DNA of 64,000 bases from Clostridia bacterium (GTDB taxonomy: Bacteria > Bacillota > Clostridia > Oscillospirales > CAG-272). A program made the translations under genes and the position numbers. Positions 38,586 to 48,119 of this stretch are shown here, in pieces; position 1 is the stretch's first letter, and each line of letters opens with the position of its first letter. The notes beneath the pieces were generated by a model. That model worked only from the letters and a program-made list of their open reading frames with translations. It was not told where the DNA came from and did not search any database. The stretch is taken from positions 926 to 64,925 of the forward strand of contig JAFTKK010000064.1 in assembly GCA_017453325.1 (NCBI GenBank), read 5' to 3'.

Positions 38586-39920
38586 ATGCTGAACTGTAAT
38601 GTAAAAGAACACGGAGCCATCGGAGACGGTGTACACTTGGATACGGCGGCCATCCAAGCCGCCATAGATGCCTGCGCCGCCGAGGGAGGCGGGCGCGTTT
38701 CTCTGGAAGGAGGACGCTTTTTGTGCGGCAGAATTGATTTGAGAAGCGGCGTAGAGCTGCGCATTGAACGAGATGCCGTACTGCTCGGCTCCACCAACGC
38801 AGATGACTTCCCCGACGTTGTGACCGATTTTTGGGACACGGAATACGCCCCTCGTTTCAATCAGCGCTGCTTTATTTACGCGGAAAATTGCGAGGACGTT
38901 GCCATTACGGGTCGCGGTGCCATTGATTGCCAAGGATGGGCATATGTGGATCCAATGACCGAAGAGCAGCAAGCGCAGCGCCCCTTGATGTCCTTTGTGC
39001 GCAAGCCGCGCCCCCTGCCCGAGGGCAGCGCCCCTCTTTCGGAGGCAACGACCATGGTAGGCTCTTACCCGCATCCGCTTGATCCGCGCAACACAAGCCT
39101 CGCGCCCGCGCGGGTAGTCATGATGATCGGCTGCAAAAACGTGCTGGTAGAGGACGTGACCATGCGCAATCAGCCCGCAGGATGGAGCTACTGGATCTGC
39201 GGCTGCTATAACGTTCACTTTCACCGCGCGCAAATTCTTGCCGCAGTGGATATGCCCAACAACGACGGCATTCACATCAACTGCTGCCAAAACGTGACCG
39301 TTTCAGATTGCAATATTACCTGCGGAGATGATTGCATCGTTGTGCGCGCATACTCCGCACCGCTTGGACGCAACACCGTTTGCGAAAAAGTAGCGGTAAC
39401 CAACTGCAACCTCACCAGTCACACCTGCGCGGTGCGTATCGGTTGGATCAATGACGGCGTGATGCGCGATTGCACCTTCTCCAATCTGAACATCACCGAA
39501 TCAAACTGCGGCCTTTGTATGTATCTGCCGGCCAATCCCGCAAAGGCACGCATGAGCGATCAGGGCTTTGAAGCAACGCTGATTGAAAACATCAGCTTTT
39601 CCGGAATCACCATGGACAGGGGCTACGGTGCACCCATCCGCATCGAGATCGACCCCGACAATCTCTGCACCGCCATCCGTCACATCTATTTCAGCGGCAT
39701 CCACGCCCGCACCGCCGGCATGCCCGTGATTTGCGGCCGCGAGGATTGCCACGTGCAAAACGTTTATTTTAACGATTGCCATTTTGCTCAGCTTCGCCAC
39801 GGGGATATCCCCACCGAATTTGCCGCGCGCTTAGCCAAATTGCGGTGCCCGACCCAAGAGCCGGTATTCCGCAGAGTGGATAATCTTTATTTGAACAGCA
39901 CATTTTTTACAATACTGTAA
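38586..39920 (+). CDS. glycoside hydrolase family 28 (polygalacturonase-like)
   Basis: VKEHGAIGDGVHLDTAAIQAAIDA N-terminus, NNDGIH, GDDCIVV, SHTCAVRIG, beta-helix repeat pattern. Start moved to ATG 38586, behind AAAGGAG. Confidence 0.75.
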   Translation: MLNCNVKEHGAIGDGVHLDTAAIQAAIDACAAEGGGRVSLEGGRFLCGRIDLRSGVELRIERDAVLLGSTNADDFPDVVTDFWDTEYAPRFNQRCFIYAENCEDVAITGRGAIDCQGWAYVDPMTEEQQAQRPLMSFVRKPRPLPEGSAPLSEATTMVGSYPHPLDPRNTSLAPARVVMMIGCKNVLVEDVTMRNQPAGWSYWICGCYNVHFHRAQILAAVDMPNNDGIHINCCQNVTVSDCNITCGDDCIVVRAYSAPLGRNTVCEKVAVTNCNLTSHTCAVRIGWINDGVMRDCTFSNLNITESNCGLCMYLPANPAKARMSDQGFEATLIENISFSGITMDRGYGAPIRIEIDPDNLCTAIRHIYFSGIHARTAGMPVICGREDCHVQNVYFNDCHFAQLRHGDIPTEFAARLAKLRCPTQEPVFRRVDNLYLNSTFFTIL

Positions 39921-39930
39921 TCTTCACACA

Positions 39931-39970
39931 AAAGAAATCCGCAGTTCGAACGAACTGCGGATTTCTTTTG
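39931..39970. terminator. bidirectional terminator between GH28 and the aminotransferase gene
   Basis: AAAGAAATCCGCAGTTCG/CGAACTGCGGATTTCTTT palindrome with a T-run on either strand. Confidence 0.8.
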
Positions 39971-39978
39971 TATTTGAA

Positions 39979-41268
39979 TTATGCTGCAAGCAGCTTTTCT
40001 ACTGCTGCGATCTTCACGCAGAGCGTGAGCACGTGCATAGCGGCCTCCAGATCCTCGTCGGAGGGATAGGTGGGCGCAATGCGGATATTGCTGTCGTCGG
40101 GATCCTTGCCGTAAGGATAGGTAGCGCCTACGGTAGTAAGGGTCACGCCTGCCTCCTTGCAAAGCGCATATGCGCGCTTAGCGCAGCCGTTCATCGTGTA
40201 AAGGCTGATGAAGTAACCGCCGCGGGGAGAGGTCCAGCGTGCGGTACCCGTGCCGCCGAGATCCTCGTTGAGGATGCGGTCAACAGTCTCAAACTTGGGG
40301 CGAATGATATCGGCCAGCACCTTCATGTGCGCCATCATATTCTCAGCGCTCTTGAAGTAGCGTACGTGACGGATCTGGTTCAGCTTGTCAAAGCCGATGG
40401 TCTGTGCGCTCATCACGGACTTGATCTGCTTGATGTTTGCCTCAGAGGCAGCAACCATAGCAAGACCTGCACCGGGGAAGGAGATCTTGGAGGTGGAAGC
40501 AAAGTAGAATACGCGATCCTCGTTCCCCGCCTCGCGGCATGCGGCAAAGATATCGTAAAGGGTATCCATGCCCTCGGCCTTATAAAGGTCGTGCACCACG
40601 TATGCGTTATCCCAGAAGATGCGGAAGTCGGGTGCGCCGGTCTCCATAGCGGCAAGACGTTTTACGGTCTCGTCGGAATAGGTAATGCCATCGGGATTGG
40701 AATACTTGGGGTTGCACCAGATGCCCTTCACGGCAGGATCCTTGGCAAGTGCCTCCACAGCATCCATATCGGGGCCGGTCTCGGTCATGGCTACGTTGAT
40801 CATCTCAATGCCAAGAGACTGGCACACGCCAAAGTGACGGTCATAGCCGGGCACGGGGCAGATGAATTTCACCTTTTCTTCCTTACCCCAGGGACGCTCG
40901 CTGCCGACCACACCGTAAAGCATGGCGCGCGCCATAGCATCATACATCAGGTTCAGGGAGGAGTTACCGCCCACAATGATATTGGCTACGGGAATATCCA
41001 AAAGATCGGAAAAGAGCTGCTTTGCCTCGGGAATACCGTCAAGCACGCCGTAGTTACGGTTATCAAAGCCGTTGGCGGACTTGCAATCCGCAGGGGTCTT
41101 GAGGCAGGTGAGCATATCGGTCAAAAGGTCTACCTGCTTGGCGCCGGGCTTGCCGCGCGAGAGGTCAAGAGAGAGGCCCTTGTCGCAATAGGCCTTGTAT
41201 TGTGCTTGCAGACCCGCCAGCTCCTTTTGCAGATCGGCTTTACTCATGGTCGTGTAATTCATATTCAA
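39979..41268 (-). CDS. PLP-dependent aminotransferase (class I/II fold)
   Basis: 429 aa. [14 protein letters not shown] and SKISFPGAG (Lys in a SK context) are typical of the aspartate/aromatic-like aminotransferase group. Confidence 0.7.
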   Translation of the reverse strand: MNMNYTTMSKADLQKELAGLQAQYKAYCDKGLSLDLSRGKPGAKQVDLLTDMLTCLKTPADCKSANGFDNRNYGVLDGIPEAKQLFSDLLDIPVANIIVGGNSSLNLMYDAMARAMLYGVVGSERPWGKEEKVKFICPVPGYDRHFGVCQSLGIEMINVAMTETGPDMDAVEALAKDPAVKGIWCNPKYSNPDGITYSDETVKRLAAMETGAPDFRIFWDNAYVVHDLYKAEGMDTLYDIFAACREAGNEDRVFYFASTSKISFPGAGLAMVAASEANIKQIKSVMSAQTIGFDKLNQIRHVRYFKSAENMMAHMKVLADIIRPKFETVDRILNEDLGGTGTARWTSPRGGYFISLYTMNGCAKRAYALCKEAGVTLTTVGATYPYGKDPDDSNIRIAPTYPSDEDLEAAMHVLTLCVKIAAVEKLLAA

Positions 41269-41351
41269 ATCTCCTTTACGTCTTTCGGTGAAATGCAGCG
41301 TTTCGCAAATAAAATCTTAAAAAGTTGCAAAAAACGCAATCACTATCATTC

Positions 41352-41380
41352 AGTATAGCATAAATTCGCAAGAATTGCAA
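41352..41380 (-). promoter_or_regulatory. promoter TTGCAA-17-TGcTATACT for the aminotransferase gene
   Basis: Minus strand reads TTGCAAttcttgcgaatttatgcTATACT. Confidence 0.5.
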
Positions 41381-41417
41381 GTGGAAATTGCATTTTTCTA
41401 TAATATTTTATGATGTT

Positions 41418-43838
41418 TTAATTTTCTGCGTCCTCCCAAAAGCGAGCAACGCGGTGCGCAAGGGAGGCGGCATCTCCTGCGGCGGTAATGCCCTGCCAAT
41501 GTGCGGGATACAGATGCAGATAAGGCTCCTCGGCATAGCGACTGTCGATGAGTACCACAACGCCCTTGTCCTCCTCGCGCCGTATCACACGCCCCGCGGC
41601 CTGCAGCACGCGGTTCATGCCGGGATAGGTATACGCATAGTCATACCCACGCTCACATTTGTTTTCGTAATAATCGCGCAGGATATTGCGCTCATTCGAA
41701 AGCCCGGGGATCCCCACGCCGACGATGATACTGCCAATCAGGCGGCTGCCGGGCAGATCGACACCCTCGGAAAAGCTGCCGCCGAGCACGCAAAAGCCCA
41801 CGCGCAAATGCCCTTCGTCAGCCTTGAAGGAGGCGAGAAACTGTTCACGCTCTCGCGCACTCATGCCGGGGCGCTGAACGATACACGTCACATGGGGATA
41901 ACGCGCGATAAACTTCTCATACACATGGTCAAGATAATCGTAGGAAGGAAAATACACCATGTAATTCCCCGCCCTCGCGCTGACGGCCGCGGCAATATAG
42001 GTAGCCACGCGCTTATAGGATTTTTCTCTGTCCTCCATGCGCGTGCTGATCGAGGGCACGACGGTAAGGGAAAGATTTTCGGGTGCATAGGGTGAGGGCA
42101 AGGCTAACGTAAGAGCCCCTTTACCGCCACCCATCACATCAACAAAATAATCAAGGGGGGTGAGTGTTGCCGAGAAGAACACGGCAGCCTTAGCCCGATT
42201 GGCGGCGCTATGCAGCACGCCCGCGGGGTCAAGACAGTAAAGCTTGAGGGAAAACGCGCCGTGGCAAAGCACGGCAAAGGTCAAAAAGCGCGTATCGTAA
42301 TATTCGGCAATGCCGACAAAGCGCTTGAGGGTGGCGACAAGCTCATCAAGCTCGGGCACGAGAGGATGGTCGGGGTTTGCCTTTGTCCACGAGACAAGCG
42401 CACGGCGGCAAAGGTCGGCCTGCTCCTGAAAGGAGAGCGACGGCTCGCGATTGAGATAATAGCCACTCTCGGTGCCATCCTCGTGCTTTTGATGATTCTC
42501 GGTACAAAGCAAGGCCATGCGCGAGAGCGCCGTAACAAAGCCCCCGAGTGCCTCCTCCAGCTTGTCATCGGCCACGGGATCAACACGTGCATAAACAGCC
42601 TCGAAGGGGGCTGCGGTAAGATCGGCGGAATACATATCCCGTGCTCGGTCCGGCAGGTTGTGTGCCTCGTCCACCAAAAATACGTATTCGCCGCGCTCGC
42701 CCTCGTTCTCATCAAAGAAGCGACGCAGATAGACGGTGGGGTCAAACACATAATTATAGTCGCATATAATGATCTCGCAAAGGAGCGCCAGATCGAGCGA
42801 GAGCTCATAGGGACAAATGCGGTGCCTTTTGGCCACATCTTCTATCAGAATACGTGGGAAACCGTTGGCGGAGCCGAGCAGCTCCTTGAGTGCCCCATCC
42901 ACACGATCGTAATAGCCGCGCGCATAGGGACATTCATCGGGATTGCAGCGCGAGGCGGTGCCACGCTTGCAGCCACCCTCATTTGAGCACAGCTGCTCCT
43001 TGGCATAGAGCACCACAGTACGGAGATTGCCGCCCACCGAAAAGATCTTTGCGGCGGCAGCATAGGCCTCGCGTCTGGTGCTGGCCTTGGCGGTCAGATA
43101 AAAAATGCGGTCACAATGCCCTGCCCCCAATGCCTTGACGGCGGGATAAAGCGTGGACATCGTTTTGCCGATGCCCGTGGGTGCTTGCGCAAACAAGCGC
43201 TTGCCCTTACGCACCGTACGAAAGACAGTTTCAGCAAGCTCGGTCTGCCCCTCACGGGGATTTTCATACGGAAAGCCGATCGCATCGACGGAGGGCAGAT
43301 ACTCGGTCTTTCGTCTCATTTCAAACTCGGCAAACCAGGCAATGCGCGCAAGCAGCGCGTGATAAAAGCGCCGCAGCTCCTCAGCACTCATTTCGCTGTA
43401 ATGATCTCGCACGGTGTCGCGGTCGGGATCAAACAGTCGCATGCGCATACGCACACGGGGCAAATGTCGGCTTTCGCACAAAAAATATGCATAGCATCGA
43501 AGCTGAGAGTAGGCATCGTCACGCACGCACGCACCTTGGCCGCGCACGGTCTTGATCTCCTCCACCGTCAGCTTGCCGTCCTCCTCCAGCACGCCGTCCG
43601 CGCGCCCTGTGACGGTATAGTAAAGCCCCTCGTAAAGCGTGGTGTTGCACAGCGGCACCTCGGCACGGTAATGAGGGCCCTCACGTGACTGCAGGCGTCG
43701 GTGCGCCTCGCTGCCCTTTTGCAGAAGTGCGGTGCTTTTCGGGGGGCGGCGTGCATCAAGATGACCGCTTTTATGCGCCATGGCGCAAAGCTCACGCACA
43801 CTCAGCTCCACCGCAGCCGTTTCGGTATTGTATCGCAC
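41418..43838 (-). CDS. XPD/DinG-family Fe-S DNA helicase with an N-terminal PD-(D/E)XK (RecB/Cas4-like) nuclease motif set
   Basis: N-terminus: GRADGV...VEEIKT...QLRCYAYF. Then APTGIGKT (Walker A), a 4-Cys stretch CSNEGGCKRGTASRCNPDECPYARGYY, ICPYELS, DEAHNL, and C-terminal GRVIRRE. Confidence 0.8.
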   Translation of the reverse strand: MRYNTETAAVELSVRELCAMAHKSGHLDARRPPKSTALLQKGSEAHRRLQSREGPHYRAEVPLCNTTLYEGLYYTVTGRADGVLEEDGKLTVEEIKTVRGQGACVRDDAYSQLRCYAYFLCESRHLPRVRMRMRLFDPDRDTVRDHYSEMSAEELRRFYHALLARIAWFAEFEMRRKTEYLPSVDAIGFPYENPREGQTELAETVFRTVRKGKRLFAQAPTGIGKTMSTLYPAVKALGAGHCDRIFYLTAKASTRREAYAAAAKIFSVGGNLRTVVLYAKEQLCSNEGGCKRGTASRCNPDECPYARGYYDRVDGALKELLGSANGFPRILIEDVAKRHRICPYELSLDLALLCEIIICDYNYVFDPTVYLRRFFDENEGERGEYVFLVDEAHNLPDRARDMYSADLTAAPFEAVYARVDPVADDKLEEALGGFVTALSRMALLCTENHQKHEDGTESGYYLNREPSLSFQEQADLCRRALVSWTKANPDHPLVPELDELVATLKRFVGIAEYYDTRFLTFAVLCHGAFSLKLYCLDPAGVLHSAANRAKAAVFFSATLTPLDYFVDVMGGGKGALTLALPSPYAPENLSLTVVPSISTRMEDREKSYKRVATYIAAAVSARAGNYMVYFPSYDYLDHVYEKFIARYPHVTCIVQRPGMSAREREQFLASFKADEGHLRVGFCVLGGSFSEGVDLPGSRLIGSIIVGVGIPGLSNERNILRDYYENKCERGYDYAYTYPGMNRVLQAAGRVIRREEDKGVVVLIDSRYAEEPYLHLYPAHWQGITAAGDAASLAHRVARFWEDAEN

Positions 43839-44025
43839 GGCACTCCCCCCTTTTCGTTATATTATACTTATACTTTAATATATTTTAACATAGTGCAATA
43901 GGAAAGTCAACGGCGGCAAGATGCAAAATTTCCATTATTTTAGGGGTAGCCGCAAGCGCGGTTTTGGCTTATAATGATAGTACTGTGAAAGAGCGTGAAA
44001 ATTTATGTGAAAGGCGGTGATATTG

Positions 44026-44616
44026 ATGGAATGGATCAAGATCAATCACAACAAGCTCAAGATCATGCTCACACGAGAGGATGCCGCGCGCTATGCCCTC
44101 TCTACCGACACCGCCGATTATACCAACACCGAGACCAAGCGCGCCTTTAAGGCAATTCTGACCGACATGCGTGAAAAAACGGGCTTCGATGCGGCCGAGG
44201 ATAAGGTCTACATACAAATGTACCCCTCACGCGAGGGGGGCTGCGAGCTCTTTATTACGAAAATGGGAATGGAAACCGCACCGAAAAAAGCGGCCTGTGA
44301 CAAGGAAAAGGTCTCTCCCGCGCGCCAACGCCGCAGCCTTGTATTTTGCTTTGAGAATATGACGCGCCTGATTGCGGTTTGCCGCAGGCTGAGCGAGGTT
44401 CACTACAAGGGAGAAAGCTGCGCTTGGCTGGATGATTGCCATCGCTATTGGCTATATCTGACGGAGGATGGCAACCCGCTCACCGCCCGCCGCGACTATG
44501 CGTTTGTGAGCGAATACGGTGATATGGAAAGCCGAGAAAACGCCGATCTCATGCTCCCTGAGCACGGCAAAACGCTTTGCGCCTGCCATGCGGTAGAAAC
44601 ACTTGGCACGCTATAG
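44026..44616 (+). CDS. mecA: adaptor protein MecA-like
   Basis: MEWIKINHNKLKIMLTREDA..., ...CELFITKMG, and C-terminal LPEHGKTLCACHAVETL parallel the Bacillus MecA layout. ATG 44026 follows AAGGCGG. Confidence 0.65.
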   Translation: MEWIKINHNKLKIMLTREDAARYALSTDTADYTNTETKRAFKAILTDMREKTGFDAAEDKVYIQMYPSREGGCELFITKMGMETAPKKAACDKEKVSPARQRRSLVFCFENMTRLIAVCRRLSEVHYKGESCAWLDDCHRYWLYLTEDGNPLTARRDYAFVSEYGDMESRENADLMLPEHGKTLCACHAVETLGTL

Positions 44617-44663
44617 CCGAAGAGGGTCGAACCTTGTGAGTTCGGCTCTCTTCGCCTATAAAA

Positions 44664-44706
44664 GGAACGGCATCTGTGTTCCGACACAGATGCCGTCCCT
44701 TTTTTG
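44664..44706 (+). terminator. rho-independent terminator of mecA-like gene
   Basis: ACGGCATCTGTG/CACAGATGCCGT stem plus TTTTTTTG. A second long imperfect hairpin at 44616-44656 precedes it. Confidence 0.75.
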
Positions 44707-44726
44707 TAATATTTTGTAATTTTAAT

Positions 44727-44755
44727 TTGACAAACCGTTGGAAATATGCTATAAA
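44727..44755 (+). promoter_or_regulatory. promoter TTGACA-17-TGcTATAAA for the eutH-like gene
   Basis: -35 at 44727-44732, -10 at 44750-44755. Confidence 0.55.
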
Positions 44756-44821
44756 TACATAGGCATGCATATCATGCAAGAAAAAAACAAAGGGGATGGC
44801 GGCAATCCCGCCTGAAGGATC

Positions 44822-45904
44822 ATGAGCGTTTTATCTGTTATCGTCGTGATATTTTCTATTCTCGCTGCCACAGACTATGTCATTGGAAACAAGCTCGGGC
44901 TCGGCGCAGAATTTGAGAAAAGCTTTACACTCCTTGGCATCATGGCCTTGTCCATGATCGGTATGATCGTCATTGCACCGCTGGTTGCCGAGCTTCTTTC
45001 TCCTTTTTTTGATTTTGTTTACAGCGTGTTCTCGATAGATCCCTCTGTCATTCCCGCGATGATCTTTTCAAACGATATGGGAGGCGCCCCTCTTGCCACC
45101 AGCGTAGCAAGGGATGCCGAGATCGGACGGTGGAGCGCCTTGGTCGTATCCTCCATGATGGGTGCCACGATCTCCTACACCATCCCTGTTTCCCTCGGAC
45201 TCGTCAAATCGGAAAATCACCGCTATCTCCTTTACGGTTTGCTTTGCGGCGTTGTAACCGTACCCATCGGCTGCTTTGTAAGCGGTCTCATGTGCGGCAT
45301 AAAAGTCGGTGCACTTCTTATCAATCTCATCCCCCTGCTCCTCTTTTCCCTCATGATCGGTGTGGGGCTGATACTCTTCCCTACTGTCTGTGTCAAAATA
45401 TTCAGCGGCTTTGCCTACGTGATAAAGCTACTTGTTATGCTTGGATTTTCGCTCGGCATCATCAATTTCCTGGCCGACAAGCCCGTGATAGCAGGCATTG
45501 CCACCATAGAAGAGGGCGCGCTCATTTGCTTCAACGCTTGCATTGTTATGACGGGCATGTTCCCACTCATCAGTATTGCCTCAAGGCTCTTGAAAAAACC
45601 GCTTCAAGCCTTTGGCAGCCGTGTGGGAATCAATGAGGTTGCCGCGCTGGGGCTTATAACTTCTCTTGCCACGGGAACAGCCACTTACGGCCTGATGAAC
45701 GATATGAACGGCAAGGGTATTACGGTCAATGCAGCCTTCGCCGTATCGGGCGCCTTTACCTTTGCGGCACACCTTGCATTTACTATGGCGTTTGATGCGA
45801 CCTACCTCCTGCCTGTGATCGTTGGCAAGCTGATATCGGGCGTAGCGGGATTGATCCTTGCATTTTTGATTTTCGATCGTTTCGGCAAAGAAAAACACAC
45901 ATAA
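44822..45904 (+). CDS. eutH: EutH-family transporter (ethanolamine utilisation protein EutH homolog)
   Basis: Aligns by eye along E. coli EutH: SNDMGGAPLA, SMMGATISYTIPVSLG, VPIGC, NAAFAVSGAF, VIVGKLISGV. Confidence 0.75.
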   Translation: MSVLSVIVVIFSILAATDYVIGNKLGLGAEFEKSFTLLGIMALSMIGMIVIAPLVAELLSPFFDFVYSVFSIDPSVIPAMIFSNDMGGAPLATSVARDAEIGRWSALVVSSMMGATISYTIPVSLGLVKSENHRYLLYGLLCGVVTVPIGCFVSGLMCGIKVGALLINLIPLLLFSLMIGVGLILFPTVCVKIFSGFAYVIKLLVMLGFSLGIINFLADKPVIAGIATIEEGALICFNACIVMTGMFPLISIASRLLKKPLQAFGSRVGINEVAALGLITSLATGTATYGLMNDMNGKGITVNAAFAVSGAFTFAAHLAFTMAFDATYLLPVIVGKLISGVAGLILAFLIFDRFGKEKHT

Positions 45905-45905
45905 C

Positions 45906-45950
45906 AAAAAGAGGCTGTCTCAAATTGCAATTTGAGACAGCCTCTTTTTT
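45906..45950. terminator. bidirectional terminator, GTCTCAAAT-type palindrome
   Basis: Perfect 16-bp arms GAGGCTGTCTCAAATT-GC-AATTTGAGACAGCCTC, flanked by A5 and T6. Confidence 0.85.
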
Positions 45951-45957
45951 GTTGAAA

Positions 45958-47034
45958 TCATCTTAAAATCGGGCGCAGCGTCTCTTCAAAACGGCAGGCA
46001 AAGCGATAAAAGCCAAGGTCGTTGGGATGGCCGCCGTCAACGGTGCAGGCATCCCATGCGTCGCCTGCAAAGATTTCGGCACCGTCAATAAAATAGACGT
46101 TTTGATCACCTGCGGCGAGTGCGCGCTCATAGGTCTCGCGGATGATCTCGCGGCGCACGCGACGGTCGCCCGACGGCAAAATCGGACGCAGAAGAATGCC
46201 CGGATTGCTGACAAAAACGATCGGCAACGTGGGCTGTGCGTCACGAATGATGCGATAGAAGGGATAGTGTGTGTTGCGTAACCACTCCTCGGAGGGGGCG
46301 TTACTGTCATAATCCATCACGAAAATGCTCATATCGAGCGTGGCAATATACGCAGCCATCTCGGGTTCACCGAGACCGTTGCCCGAAAAGCCGAGATTGA
46401 CGTGATCGACACCAAGGGTACGCGACAGCATGGCCTGATAAGAGTTACCGGGACGGGAGGCGCAGCCGCCCTGCGTGATCGAGCTGCCGTAATAAACGAT
46501 TGGTTTTTCGTGTTGGTAAGGCGTGGGGGCTGCAAGCTGCGCATCGTGCTTGATGGCCACGTAAAGCTCCTTCACACCGTCATAAAGCGGAAAATTGATG
46601 GTATAATCTGTCATTTCACGCGGGGTAAAGATCCCCGAGGAATACCCGTCGGTCAGATCACGGGGCGGCACAAAGCTGCGATAATAGGTGTCTCTGCCCT
46701 CCACCACGTGGTAAAGATCAAAGCCCGATTGACCCGTCAGGGGCATATGAGACATATTTTTCACATGATCCATCACGGCGCGAATGGCAATATACTGCGA
46801 GTTGGTGCGAAAACGCACGCGACCGCCCGCCGTGTGACGGTTGAGGCCGCCGCGCACACCCTTTGAGATGCCGTTGGCCGTTTCCTGCGGCACGCGCAGA
46901 TAACAACCCTGCTCCTCATCGTAAAGCACACCGTAGATCACAAAGGGTAGCTCGCGCACATTGAACCAAACAAGATCGGGCTCGGTAATATCGGTGTCAA
47001 CCTTTAGATTTTTATCAAAATCCTCAATTTTCAT
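45958..47034 (-). CDS. SGNH/GDSL hydrolase with N-terminal GxDLY domain, paralog C (last in operon)
   Basis: PLTGQSGFDLY, YYGSSITQGGCASRPGN, LGFSGN, DGGHPND. Start ATG 47034 overlaps the upstream stop (ATGA). Confidence 0.8.
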   Translation of the reverse strand: MKIEDFDKNLKVDTDITEPDLVWFNVRELPFVIYGVLYDEEQGCYLRVPQETANGISKGVRGGLNRHTAGGRVRFRTNSQYIAIRAVMDHVKNMSHMPLTGQSGFDLYHVVEGRDTYYRSFVPPRDLTDGYSSGIFTPREMTDYTINFPLYDGVKELYVAIKHDAQLAAPTPYQHEKPIVYYGSSITQGGCASRPGNSYQAMLSRTLGVDHVNLGFSGNGLGEPEMAAYIATLDMSIFVMDYDSNAPSEEWLRNTHYPFYRIIRDAQPTLPIVFVSNPGILLRPILPSGDRRVRREIIRETYERALAAGDQNVYFIDGAEIFAGDAWDACTVDGGHPNDLGFYRFACRFEETLRPILR

Positions 47035-48119
47035 TTCTTCAATGCCTTTCTGACATCGCGGCCAATGCGCGTTGCCATGCGCACGAAGCCGCAATCATTG
47101 GGGTGCGTACCGTCAACCGTGCAAGCATCCCAGTTATCGCCGCCAAACAGCTGCACACCATCGATAAAATAAACATTGTCATCACCTGCGATGCGCGCAT
47201 GCTCATAGGTGCGGCGAATGATATTACGTCGTGTAAAGAATCTGCCTCGCCCAAAATAATTCATATTTCCACGCAGCTTTGTGTTCGGTGCGGTCACAAA
47301 AACAACGGGCAGATCCGGATGCTTGGCACGCACAGTCTTGAAAAAGAGCTCGTGCGTTGCCAAGAGATGCTCCTCGCTGGGGGTGTTATGATCGTAATCA
47401 AGAACAAACACGCTCATATCAAGCGTAGCAATGTATTCTGCCATGGCAAGCTCGCCCTTGGCGTTGCCCGAAAAGCCGAGATTGATATGATCTGCATCGA
47501 GCTCGCGGCCGATGATGGCCTGATAGGCATTACCGGGACGCGAGGCACAACCGCCTTGCGTGATCGAGCTGCCGTAATACACCACGGGCTTTTCGATGGC
47601 ATAGGGCGTGGGGGCGCTTAGATGTGCGCCCTTTTTGAGCGCAATATGCAGTTCCTTCACGCCGTCGTAAAGCGGAAAATTGATGGTGTAATCGCAGTAC
47701 GTGCCATCGGTTCTGTGACCCGAGGAATAGCCCTCGGTCATACCGTGGGGCGGCACGAATGTCTGATAATAGATCTCCTTGCCTGCCGCGTTTCTGTGAT
47801 AGAGATCAAATCCCGACTGACCCGTCAGAGGAATATGCGACATCGGGGTGCCGTTGTGCATCACCGCGTGAATGGCAATATACGGAGAATCCGTACGAAA
47901 CCGCACACGGCCGCCTGCGGTATGGCGGCAAAGCTTTGCCACAGGCTGCGACACGGTCTGCGCCACGGCAATCGGCATACGCACGTAGCAGCCCGCACCC
48001 TCGTCATAACTGACCCCATAAAGCCGAAAAGGGGCTTGCTTTGCGTCAAACCATACAAGGTCGGGCTCCGTGAGCGCGGTCTCTACCTTTAAATTTTGGT
48101 CAAGATCCTCAATTTTCAT
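47031..48119 (-). CDS. SGNH/GDSL hydrolase with N-terminal GxDLY domain, paralog B
   Basis: Same motif set (PLTGQSGFDLY, YYGSSITQGG, DGTHPND). ATGA overlaps at both ends. Confidence 0.8.
   Translation of the reverse strand: MKIEDLDQNLKVETALTEPDLVWFDAKQAPFRLYGVSYDEGAGCYVRMPIAVAQTVSQPVAKLCRHTAGGRVRFRTDSPYIAIHAVMHNGTPMSHIPLTGQSGFDLYHRNAAGKEIYYQTFVPPHGMTEGYSSGHRTDGTYCDYTINFPLYDGVKELHIALKKGAHLSAPTPYAIEKPVVYYGSSITQGGCASRPGNAYQAIIGRELDADHINLGFSGNAKGELAMAEYIATLDMSVFVLDYDHNTPSEEHLLATHELFFKTVRAKHPDLPVVFVTAPNTKLRGNMNYFGRGRFFTRRNIIRRTYEHARIAGDDNVYFIDGVQLFGGDNWDACTVDGTHPNDCGFVRMATRIGRDVRKALKK

Noticed and set aside
38388-39290. 300-aa minus-strand ORF overlapping the GH28 gene.
   Set aside because: It is antisense to a gene with clear GH28 motifs and an RBS. 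It has no motifs of its own and shows the same mirror-frame effect described above.
44756-44821. Possible cobalamin or other riboswitch ahead of the eutH-like transporter.
   Set aside because: The leader is only about 65 nt with small hairpins, which is too short for an AdoCbl riboswitch. No conserved B12-box-like sequence was seen.
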